A stretch of DNA of 64,000 nucleotides from Akkermansiaceae bacterium. Lineage in GTDB: Bacteria > Verrucomicrobiota > Verrucomicrobiia > Verrucomicrobiales > Akkermansiaceae. Below, piece by piece: positions 1-8,701 of the stretch (its first letter is position 1; each line of letters opens with the position of its first letter). Location of the stretch: assembly GCA_049596615.1 (NCBI GenBank), contig JBMYLT010000009.1:67768-131767 (forward strand), in the 5' to 3' direction. The notes beneath the pieces are model-generated. The model saw only the letters and a list, made by a program, of their open reading frames with translations, was not told the origin of the DNA and made no database searches. The translations under genes and the position numbers were made by a program.

Positions 1-449
1 AGGTGGTCGCTGCGAGCAAAACCGTCTCCTTGCGGGGACAGAAGGCGAAGCTATTTTTGCCTGTCGCCACTTTCCTTTCCTGCAACATTCCCCGGGCAAT
101 TCATGTAAAAAAGAGGCGGCTCCAGCTCTTCTTCACGCTCATGCACACCGCCCATCTCATCCTGAATCTCGACGAAGTGATTTCCATCGAGTAACAGTTA
201 TCCCCTCGTTAGAACGCGCGAGAATAGGGCACTCACCGTCTTTGAAATCGAGGTCACTCATGGCCGTTCCACGAGGACTTTCAGGCCAACCCCGGCGATT
301 TATTCTCGTGAACCCCGAACGCTGAACCCCGGTTTGGACTTAAACCGAATCGGGCAGGATTGCAGAATGTAGGCCTGATGAAAAGGGAGGCCAACCATCG
401 CCAGAGCGTTTTCGATGCCAATCCCGGACCCGGACCCGGTGAGCCCAAC

Positions 450-2048
450 TCAACGTTTCCCGGGGTATCCCTGCCAGTCGTTTGCTTTCAAGACCTCCTC
501 GAGAGACACCGGCACTCCGCCTCGGCGTTTACTTTCGTCGGCTGCTTCCATGAAGGCATAGATCTCAATCGTCTCTTCCATTGAAACAGGCGCCTCACGC
601 GTCCGGAAAAACCGAATCACTTCGCGAAGCATCGGGGTGTAGTTACCGCTCTTGCTTTGCTCCACAATCTTTTTCGTCCCAAAAGCTGTGACTTTGTAAC
701 CGGCCTTTGAATTCCGGATGCCGTATACCACACCCACCTTGCCATCGTCCCAAGTTCCGGTGATGACATCATTGTCTGGAGTATGAGTGCGGGTAACCGA
801 TTTCACTCCGGGACCCATCACGGTAAACAAGGCCTCGGTTGCGTGGATCCCGTACCAAAAAAAGTCAGGATGATTGGGTTCAATGGAGGCCGGTCCGAAT
901 GAAATAGCCCCTTTCAATTCCCCTTTGGCCGCTTTGGCTACTTCCACCACACCAGGGTAATAGCGTAAAGAGGACGAACTCCAGCAGGGCACTCCATGCA
1001 TTTTCGAAAGCCGATCAATCGCGATCGCACCTTTGAGCGATCCCGCAAGCGGTTTATCAATGAACACCGGCAGGCCAGCTTCAAAGACCGGAATGACCTG
1101 CTCCAAATGAGGCCGCCCATCCACGCTCTCCAGCATCACGACATCAACATGTCGACACATTTCCTCAATGCTGTCATAAAGCTTCACTCCATATTTTTCG
1201 GTCAGGATTCTGGTGAAGTTTTCGATTCGGTCTGCACTGGATGGGATGTCCGGGCTTCCTCCTTTGAACGCCGCGGTGACCCGGCAGCCCGGAACATGGT
1301 CGGGATGATCCGCATCGTTGAAGCGGCTAGTAAAAGCAGTCACGTGTGAGGTGTCGAGACCGATCAATCCAACCTTGAAAACAGTTTCCGGAAGCAATTT
1401 TTCAATCGTATCGACCACCTGCGATCCCAGTCTCCGGGAACCCTCTTGGACGAAGTGCACATCCCCCGGTGCCACAAAAAGATCAGGGGAAAAGGATGCC
1501 GTGAGGGCACGAAGATCGTTGGTCATGACCCCGTGCTTCTCCATGACTCTGGCTGCGGTCTGGTTGTATTTGAGCTCGTCACCAAAGATTCGGCCGAGTT
1601 CTCCTTTGGGCACGTATGTGGTATTGGCCCAGACCAACTTGGCCTTGGTTTTCTTTAACCGGATCACCAGCCTCTCCAGATTGACTTCATAGACATCGAG
1701 GGGATTGGTCACGGCTCCCTTCTCTTTATCACGTCGGCCCTGGTTTTTGCTTTCGGGGTGTCGGTAGCAAAGGTCCCACAAGCCCCAGTTAAAGTGAATG
1801 ACATCCCATGATTCCTCGCCGAGCCATTGATCGATCTTCAGCAGTCCGGTTCCGGTGTGTTGGCCGTTCCCGGGGATTCGGCGCACGTCGGCCCGCCCTT
1901 GAAACATTTTCTTAACGAACGGAGTGTAGCCAATGGAAATCGAATCCCCGATCAGCAGGACACGTGGCTGCTCTTTACCATCAGCGATAGCGACAGATAG
2001 TGAAAGAAACAGCAACAACAAGAAAGAGAGAACGCCTGAGAATTTCAT
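450..2048 (-). CDS. Exported two-domain protein: N-terminal SGNH/GDSL hydrolase fused to a C-terminal Gfo/Idh/MocA-type oxidoreductase
   Basis: From ORF 450..2117. I place the start at the internal ATG 2048, because [24 protein letters not shown] reads as a signal peptide. SGNH block I '[12 protein letters not shown]' and 'HFNWGLWDL' are present. The second half, '[15 protein letters not shown]...[11 protein letters not shown]...VFIDKPLA', is typical of Gfo/Idh/MocA Rossmann domains. Confidence 0.8.
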   Translation of the reverse strand: [532 protein letters not shown]

Positions 2049-2173
2049 AAAGCGACCTAAAGATTGCGGTGATCGGACCGACCTGACAAGGAGAGAGCCT
2101 TCGAAAGCTAAAGCCATTTCTCTTGTGGCCTCCTATGGTTCGATTACAGAATCAAAGTGAACCTTATTAATAG

Positions 2174-3454
2174 ATGAAAAGACCGACTCACTCCCGCAGG
2201 CAGTTTGTGAAGCAGTCCGGCCTCGCAGGCGCCGCCACTTTCGCACCGCTTCCCTCACTCGGTGCCGACTTCGCGCCTTCTCAAAAGCTCCGAGTTGGAG
2301 TAATGGGACTTCAACGTGGCAAAGCCCATATCAAAGGATTTCAAGCGGTCCCGAATGTGGAGATCGCTTATGTCTGTGATATCGACAAGCACCGGGCCGC
2401 CGCGGGAGCGGAGCTGGCAAACAAGGGGCAGAAAAACCCTGTGAAAATCACCGGTGACTTTCGGGAAATCCTCGAAGACAAATCGGTCGACATTCTTTCC
2501 ATCGCCGCTCCCAACTTTTGGCAGGCTCCCGCCACCATTCTGGCCTGCCAGGCCGGCAAACATGTTTACGTGGAGAAGCCCGGTAGCCATACTCCGGAGG
2601 AAGCGGAATTGATGGTGAAGGCGGCACGCCGACACAACCGGAAAGTGCAAATGGGAACCCAACGCCGAAGTTATGAATCAATGATCGTCGGGATGGGGAA
2701 GCTCCACGCCGGTGCCATCGGTGAGATTCTTCACGCCCGTACCTGGTATGTGAATTCCAGACAAGGAATCGGCAAAGGCTCACCAGGAGTGATTCCCAAT
2801 CACCTCGATTACGATCTCTGGCAGGGCCCCGTTCCGGAACGCCCCTTCAAGAGCAACCTGATCCACTACAACTGGCACTGGCATTGGCACTATGGTGGAG
2901 GAGAACTGATCAACAACGGAGTGCACGCCCTGGATTTGGCCCGTTGGGGACTTGGCGTCGACTACCCCACCCGGGTCAGCTATTTCGGGACTCGTCACTG
3001 CTTCGAAGATGATCAGGAGACACCCGATACCGGAGTGGCCCAATTCGATCTCGGAAAAGCCAGTGCCTCTTGGGATGGCAGCAGCTGTCATCGCCGGGCC
3101 CAGGAGAAGGTGGCCTTCTGCACTTTCTATGGCGAAGGAGGCTCGATGGCTTTCGATACTGCGGGTTTCAAGATCTACGATCCAAAAGGGAAACTGATTG
3201 ATGAACTTGAAGGAACTCCCGGTGATGTCCCCCACTTCCAGAATCTGTGCGATGCCATCCGTAAAGACACCCCACTGAACCAAGACATCGCCGAAGGCCA
3301 AAAAAGTACGCTTTGGTGCCACCTTGGGAATATTTCCCACCGCACCGGAGCCACCCTCAAGATTGACCCGCAAAACGGGCAGATCAAAGAAAACGAAGAT
3401 GCCATGCAGCTTTGGAAACGTTCCTACCGTGAAGGTTGGCAACCAAAGGTGTAA
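2174..3454 (+). CDS. Tat-exported Gfo/Idh/MocA family oxidoreductase (GH109-like architecture)
   Basis: Twin-arginine leader 'SRRQFVKQSGLAGAATFA'. Rossmann region 'LRVGVMGLQRGKAH...DILSIAAPNFWQAP...GKHVYVEKP', then the C-terminal alpha/beta domain. Confidence 0.85.
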   Translation: MKRPTHSRRQFVKQSGLAGAATFAPLPSLGADFAPSQKLRVGVMGLQRGKAHIKGFQAVPNVEIAYVCDIDKHRAAAGAELANKGQKNPVKITGDFREILEDKSVDILSIAAPNFWQAPATILACQAGKHVYVEKPGSHTPEEAELMVKAARRHNRKVQMGTQRRSYESMIVGMGKLHAGAIGEILHARTWYVNSRQGIGKGSPGVIPNHLDYDLWQGPVPERPFKSNLIHYNWHWHWHYGGGELINNGVHALDLARWGLGVDYPTRVSYFGTRHCFEDDQETPDTGVAQFDLGKASASWDGSSCHRRAQEKVAFCTFYGEGGSMAFDTAGFKIYDPKGKLIDELEGTPGDVPHFQNLCDAIRKDTPLNQDIAEGQKSTLWCHLGNISHRTGATLKIDPQNGQIKENEDAMQLWKRSYREGWQPKV

Positions 3455-4720
3455 CTAGCCTACCAGTTTCTCCAAAACGGTGAGTGCAGTCTTCACCGCC
3501 AATCCGCAAGCGACTAAAAAGCCGAGAGCACAGTTTCCAAGGATCCACTTCGGCACTCTCTTCTCTCCGGTCAGTTCCTTGCGGGTTCCCAAGTAGAGCA
3601 CGGCCGCAGCCAGAAGTGGCAACCCAAGGACCGTAAGGGCTTGGGCAATCGTAATAAGAGTGACTGTTCCGGAAGCTCCTGAAAGCGACCAGGACGCTAC
3701 CACCATCCCGATGAACAAAGCCAGACAAGTCAAAGCTCTCGGCATGAAATCCGATAAACGCCAGCCTTTGCCCAGGCTGTCGGAAAAGATGGTGCCTCCG
3801 ATCACCGCGTTGACCAAAAAGGAGCTCAGGGCGCCCGCCATGATACCCAGACTGAAGACCACTTTGGCTCCCTTCCCAAACAAGGGCTCTAGTTGCCGGG
3901 CCACATCACCCACATTGTGCAACTCAACCACCTGGGCTCGTCCATGAAAAGTGAGAACCGATGTCATGAGAATGAAGGAAGTCACCGTACCCAACACAAG
4001 AATCCCAAAGATCGAATCCCCCAATCCGCGTTTCCAGTCAGCCAGCTTCCAACCTTTCTCCCGAACCAAATACCCCTGGTAAAAGGCTCCCGCGACCGAG
4101 AATGTAGTCGCAATCATTCCCAGCAGGGAAACCAGATCCCGGTCCCCGTTGGCCGTGCGGTCAGCGACTTCACTTTCGGACCCTCCCAACAAGACAACAA
4201 TGAGGTTCCCGGTAAATGCCACAATCATGATCAGAACAAGGACCTTCATCAGGCTCTCGATTCGGGCATACAAGGCGCGGACGCGAACGAGACAAAAAGC
4301 AACGAAAAGATTAATGACGAGAAGCACGATGACTTTCGAAATGGTTCCCGTCATCACGCTACCGTCGCCCAAGTCTTCCACCAATGGCTCTAAACCAGCG
4401 ATAACGGCGAGGTTGTTGCTCGACTGAAACAAGGCCACTACGAGAAAGAGAACGAGGCCTACCAGCAAGGATGCTCCCCGTCCCAGCCTCGAAGCCAGCT
4501 CTTCGCACAAACTCCGTTCGTAAGTGACACCAAGTCGCGCCGCAAGCGAGACCATCCCGATCATGAGACATGTGGACAGGACCAGCACTCCGAGCGCCGG
4601 GAAGCCAAAGTCCGCCCCCACCCTTGAACTGGTCAAAATGCTCCCGGGTCCGAGGACCACTGCGGCCACAATGATCGTAGGACCAATCTTACCAATAAGC
4701 CTTTTAGGACCTGCGTTCAT
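3455..4720 (-). CDS. NRAMP (MntH)-fold membrane transporter lacking the canonical metal-binding residues
   Basis: From ORF 3455..4891. The start is set at ATG 4720 (MNAGPKRLIGKIGP...), which overlaps the upstream stop as ATGA. It aligns along its length with MntH, e.g. 'GPTIIVAAVVLGPGSILTSSRVGADFGF' against '[28 protein letters not shown]'. TM1 'DPGN' is replaced by 'GPGS' and TM6 'MPH' by 'SVA'. Confidence 0.8.
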   Translation of the reverse strand: MNAGPKRLIGKIGPTIIVAAVVLGPGSILTSSRVGADFGFPALGVLVLSTCLMIGMVSLAARLGVTYERSLCEELASRLGRGASLLVGLVLFLVVALFQSSNNLAVIAGLEPLVEDLGDGSVMTGTISKVIVLLVINLFVAFCLVRVRALYARIESLMKVLVLIMIVAFTGNLIVVLLGGSESEVADRTANGDRDLVSLLGMIATTFSVAGAFYQGYLVREKGWKLADWKRGLGDSIFGILVLGTVTSFILMTSVLTFHGRAQVVELHNVGDVARQLEPLFGKGAKVVFSLGIMAGALSSFLVNAVIGGTIFSDSLGKGWRLSDFMPRALTCLALFIGMVVASWSLSGASGTVTLITIAQALTVLGLPLLAAAVLYLGTRKELTGEKRVPKWILGNCALGFLVACGLAVKTALTVLEKLVG

Positions 4721-5631
4721 ATCGTCTCTCCGATCAATCTTCGTGGATTCTCCTCGATCACTTGGCGGACCTCGGCACTGGAAAACCCAAGTTCTCCGGT
4801 AAGACGTTCCACCAACTTGGGCATCGTGATAGTGGACCCGATGAGATGGCTTCCATCGGGCGAACGAGCCACCAGATCTTCCCCGATCCATACATCCCTT
4901 CCCAAAAAATGAAACAAGCCCGGACCCATTCCGGCAGCGGCAATCGCATCAGTTACCATCACCACCCGCTCAGTTCCGGTAAGCTCGAGATAATTCCGCA
5001 GGGTTCGGAATGGCACGTGGGCTCCATCGGGAATGAAGCTGATCCACAATTTTCCTCTCATGGAAAGAACACGCTGGATGATGTTATCGTGGCGGTTCAT
5101 TTCCATGGGGCATCCATTCCCCAAATGAGTGAATAGTTTCAATCCAGCATCAATTACACCTTCCAACTCCTTATCAGAGGGATTGCAATGTCCAGCCGCC
5201 ACACAGATTCCCTGGTTACTCAGAAATCGAGTTACGCCAAACCCCTCGTCACGCTCGGGAGCCAGCGTCACCAGACGGGCTAGCCCGCCTGCCGCATCCA
5301 AAAGGCGATTCATCTCGTCGCGCCCCGCAGGACGCGCGTGCTCCACCGGATGAGCTCCGATATAGCCGGGAGTTTCATTCAAAAATGGTCCTTCAATGTG
5401 AATTCCTCGAATCAGTTTCTCCCACTCCTTGTTTTCCGATCGCAAGGTTACCAAGCGGGCCATCCGGGAACACATCAGATCAAGATCGTCCGTGATGAAG
5501 GTGGCAAGGATGCCGTCTACACCATCTTCTCGGAGCGCACCACAGATCTTCGCAAGATCCTCCGCTTCAAGAAGCGGTCCATTGAAATCGACTCCCGCGT
5601 AGCCGTTGACCTGCAAATCGAATGGTGCCAT
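4717..5631 (-). CDS. NagA-like amidohydrolase (N-acetylglucosamine-6-phosphate deacetylase family), short TIM-barrel-only form
   Basis: 'DLQVNGYAGVDFN', 'HIEGPFLN', 'VTLAPE', 'AGHCNP', 'THLGNG' and 'MVTDAIAAAG' parallel E. coli NagA 'DVQLNGCGGVQFN', 'HLEGPWLN', 'VTLAPE', 'AGHSNA', 'THLYNAM' and 'LVTDATAPAG'. It is 304 aa, against about 380 aa for NagA. Confidence 0.75.
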   Translation of the reverse strand: MAPFDLQVNGYAGVDFNGPLLEAEDLAKICGALREDGVDGILATFITDDLDLMCSRMARLVTLRSENKEWEKLIRGIHIEGPFLNETPGYIGAHPVEHARPAGRDEMNRLLDAAGGLARLVTLAPERDEGFGVTRFLSNQGICVAAGHCNPSDKELEGVIDAGLKLFTHLGNGCPMEMNRHDNIIQRVLSMRGKLWISFIPDGAHVPFRTLRNYLELTGTERVVMVTDAIAAAGMGPGLFHFLGRDVWIGEDLVARSPDGSHLIGSTITMPKLVERLTGELGFSSAEVRQVIEENPRRLIGETI

Positions 5632-5633
5632 TT

Positions 5634-6776
5634 CTAGCGACCCTCACTGAAAAATTTTGCTGCCCTCTCGTGATCCAATGGAAGATCAACCGGCACTCCC
5701 TCAGCGGCCGAAAGCAACGCTGCCCAACCCAACTCGGCTACCGGCGCCGAGTTGGCAAAACTCAAAAACGATTGCTCGCCCTCGCGAATACGCTCGAGAA
5801 AATGCGACACGCAGGCTCCCGTCTGGTGCCTCATCACATCACCGCTGTCAGGCGTACTGGTATCAGATGGCCAGAGATACTCCGACATCTCCTCAGCCTC
5901 ACACCGGGCGGGATCAAGCGGATAGACCCACTTCCCATTCGTCGATTTTTCCGACCAAAAGCGTACCTTTTGCGGACGGTCGAGTAACGAATCAAAGATC
6001 AACCCGCCCCTGGTTCCATGGATGTGATGATAGGCGTCGTAACCATTCGCCTGGTCCACGTTCCCAAAGCAAAAACCAGTCGCACGATTGCTGAATTCAA
6101 TCTGAAGATTCCAGATCCCCGGGGTGTCGAAGTCTCTTCGATGAACCATGCTTTTGGTCGCGTAGACTCTGACGGGGGTGGCCTCCTGTTCAGCCATGAT
6201 GTTCAACATCACCGAGAGCGAATGGATGATTCCCATTCCGATGGCATCGCCCATACGATCTCCGGACAGCTTCCAGACCTTGTCATCGGCAATATTGATC
6301 GGGTGACGGTAGTTCACCTGAATCTGGGTGATTGTTCCGAACTCCCCAGTCCGGGCCATGCGCCGGATCCTGTTTTCCAGTTCATCGAAATTCATCAGGT
6401 AATCCACAAAAGTCACCTGCCCGGGTCTTTCGAGTTCTAGCTCAATCTGACGGCGGAATTCATCATAGCGGGTGGCGCAAGGCTTTTCGCAAAACACGTG
6501 CTTCCCCGCCTTCATGGCCGCAATGGCTTGCTCTCCATGGACCTCGTTGGTGCTGCAAATGAAAACAGCCTCAAGACCCGGGGCTGCCAGCATTTTTTCG
6601 TAGCTATCAAAATACAATTCCTCTTCCAGCTCGAGGTCACGCAGCACCTCGACGGCCTTTTCCCGCCGTCGTTGATGAAGGCCGACGATCCGCACGCCTT
6701 CCTGCTCGGTCAGGCGACGCAACAAGGTTGCTCCCATCCAACCCGCTCCCACCAGAGCCACTCCGATCTCGCTCAC
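5634..6776 (-). CDS. Gfo/Idh/MocA family NAD(P)-dependent oxidoreductase
   Basis: '[19 protein letters not shown]...[29 protein letters not shown]'. The GTG start overlaps the nagB stop (GTGA at 6773-6776). Confidence 0.85.
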   Translation of the reverse strand: MSEIGVALVGAGWMGATLLRRLTEQEGVRIVGLHQRRREKAVEVLRDLELEEELYFDSYEKMLAAPGLEAVFICSTNEVHGEQAIAAMKAGKHVFCEKPCATRYDEFRRQIELELERPGQVTFVDYLMNFDELENRIRRMARTGEFGTITQIQVNYRHPINIADDKVWKLSGDRMGDAIGMGIIHSLSVMLNIMAEQEATPVRVYATKSMVHRRDFDTPGIWNLQIEFSNRATGFCFGNVDQANGYDAYHHIHGTRGGLIFDSLLDRPQKVRFWSEKSTNGKWVYPLDPARCEAEEMSEYLWPSDTSTPDSGDVMRHQTGACVSHFLERIREGEQSFLSFANSAPVAELGWAALLSAAEGVPVDLPLDHERAAKFFSEGR

Positions 6777-7525
6777 GATATGTCCTCCTTGCTCAACAAA
6801 CTTGCGGCGGCCTCATCAAGATAAAGACGGCAATTCTCGTGTTGCTGCAAAATCGAAGCCGGGACTTCCGGTGATACTTCCCCTTCCACGGAATCCTGAA
6901 CGGCCTGCGCCTTTCTCTCATCAGGAACGGTGCAGATGATCGCACCGCTCTTCATGATCTGCCTCACCGACATCGAAATGGCTCGTTCGGGGACCGCCTC
7001 AAATGAAGGAAACCACCCTTCTCCAAACTGCTGTTGGCGACAGGCCTCATCAAGGTTAACCACGAGATAGGGCTTCTCGGTGACAAAATCAGCTGGCGGA
7101 TCATTGAAGGCCAGATGCCCATTCTCACCAATCCCCACAAATGCCACATCAATGGGAGCTTGCAAAATCAAAGCTCCCACCCGGTCACACTCAGCTGCTG
7201 CATCACCCTCACCGTTGATGTAATGAAAGGCCCGCACAGGACCCGGCAGTTGGTCTTCAAATCGCTCTTTGAGATACTTTCGAAACGAAGCGGGATGCTC
7301 GATCGACAATCCCACATATTCATCAAGGTGAAAGACCGTCACTTTGCTCCAATCAATCCCCTCTTCTTTTGTCAGGGCCTCCAGCATTTCAAACTGGGAC
7401 GCGCCGGTGGCCACGATGATGTTGACTTCACCCCGCTCTGCCAAGGCCTCCCTCATTTTGCGGGCCCCGTCGATGGCAGCCGCCAATCCCATAGCCTCTT
7501 TCGTAGCATACCGTATAAAGTTCAT
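6773..7525 (-). CDS. nagB: Glucosamine-6-phosphate deaminase/isomerase (NagB family)
   Basis: From ORF 6773..7888. The homologous part starts at ATG 7525 ([13 protein letters not shown]...). '[14 protein letters not shown]', 'FHLDEYVGL' and '[13 protein letters not shown]' match the NagB/6-phosphogluconolactonase superfamily. The upstream 121 codons of the ORF are low-complexity and non-homologous. Confidence 0.75.
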   Translation of the reverse strand: MNFIRYATKEAMGLAAAIDGARKMREALAERGEVNIIVATGASQFEMLEALTKEEGIDWSKVTVFHLDEYVGLSIEHPASFRKYLKERFEDQLPGPVRAFHYINGEGDAAAECDRVGALILQAPIDVAFVGIGENGHLAFNDPPADFVTEKPYLVVNLDEACRQQQFGEGWFPSFEAVPERAISMSVRQIMKSGAIICTVPDERKAQAVQDSVEGEVSPEVPASILQQHENCRLYLDEAAASLLSKEDIS

Positions 7526-7643
7526 AAGCCAACATGGTGAATCGCCTTCCTCCGAGGTCAATCTCATTGCGGAGAGAGACACTACGGATAACTTCCCAAA
7601 AAAACTTGAAAATGTGGCAAGCCGGGAAAGCTTTCGGCCGGAA

Positions 7644-8336
7644 ATGAAGTTACGACAATTGGTTGCTGGGATCGCTTTGTCACAAGTAGGCCTCGGGGTC
7701 ACCATTGCGGAATTCGACGACTTTGATGCTCCCATTGGAGCACTCAATCCAACCGAAAGTTGGTTGGAGGGAGTCAATTCGGTGACCAATCCCTTTAAAC
7801 AACCCTTTGGAGGACCGGACGACAGCGGCTTTCTCAGTGATAGCTCCAACGGAAACAACGCCGGTGGCCGGGTCCAGCTTTGGAACACCGACCAGTGGAC
7901 CGGAGATTATCTTGGTCAGGGGATTCTATCCCTCTCAATGGATGCTATCAATCTCAGCGGTGCCGGAGGCGAACCCTTGCACTTTCGGGTCGCCTTCAAC
8001 GGACCCGGCGGCTGGTTTGTGAGCGATCCCCAGACCGTGGTCCCGCAAACCGGTTGGCAACCCCTCCTGTTTGACCTTTCCCTGACCGGCCTTTCCTACG
8101 CTGGAGGCGGGAACACCGCTTATGACTCCACCATGTCCTCGGTCAATCGCATGCAAATCATCTCGCTGCAGGAAGGCGGGCCATTTTCGGTTGGCGGTAA
8201 CTCTGGACTTCGTGGCGAACTTGTCAATGCAAGCTGGGGGCTGGACAACATCCGGGCCGGGGTAGCCATTCCGGAGCCCGCCAATCTAATGATGGCCCTG
8301 CTCAGTGGCATTGGGCTACTTCGCCGTAGAAGGTAA
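7644..8336 (+). CDS. Secreted PEP-CTERM sorting-domain protein
   Basis: Start set at ATG 7644 ([18 protein letters not shown]). The C-terminus '[22 protein letters not shown]' has the PEP motif, a TM helix and an Arg cluster. Confidence 0.8.
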   Translation: MKLRQLVAGIALSQVGLGVTIAEFDDFDAPIGALNPTESWLEGVNSVTNPFKQPFGGPDDSGFLSDSSNGNNAGGRVQLWNTDQWTGDYLGQGILSLSMDAINLSGAGGEPLHFRVAFNGPGGWFVSDPQTVVPQTGWQPLLFDLSLTGLSYAGGGNTAYDSTMSSVNRMQIISLQEGGPFSVGGNSGLRGELVNASWGLDNIRAGVAIPEPANLMMALLSGIGLLRRRR

Positions 8337-8701
8337 TGCTTCGGGCCTCCCCAAATTTGGGATTCAGCTTGTAAAGGGATTCTCAAGATTTCCTCATTCC
8401 GAACCCGGCGATGCCTGGAGGGATTCCATCTATTCGGCCTTCACCGTCTGGGCTCACGGGTAGGGCTTGCTCAAATCAAATCTTAACCAATGGGCGAAAT
8501 TCAATGGTCTGCGATCGATGAGAATCAGACAAAATTCACTTTCCCTCCAAAATCAGCCCATTGTCGTTTGACATGAAGGCAATTCATCAAGAATTGGGCA
8601 GGTTCTTGTTCAAAGATCGGCAGATTTCTGATTAAATCCGGGGTGGCTTGTTACTCGGAATACTCGTCTGAATTAGAAACCGTGATAAACCCAGCAAATA
8701 C

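Noticed and set aside
1-449. Possible small genes at the window start. These are the plus-strand ORF 3-194, ORF 360-584, and a minus-strand 34-codon ORF from ATG 261 ('MSDLDFKDGECPILARSNEGITVT...') that could continue in another frame.
   Set aside because: No family motif is recognisable, the ORFs are short or overlap the 3' end of the 450-2048 gene, and there is no independent support. I left the region unannotated.
6773-7888. Long N-terminal extensions offered by the ORF track: nagB to 7888, NRAMP-fold to 4891, DUF1592 to 18573, IlvD-like to 24413, repeat protein to 55645, accB to 59140, giant protein from 43836, PEP-CTERM from 7344, SGNH fusion to 2117, and M28 to 30963.
   Set aside because: In each case homology or a signal peptide begins at an internal start. 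The extension overlaps a neighbouring gene, a terminator or a divergent promoter region, and its sequence is low-complexity.
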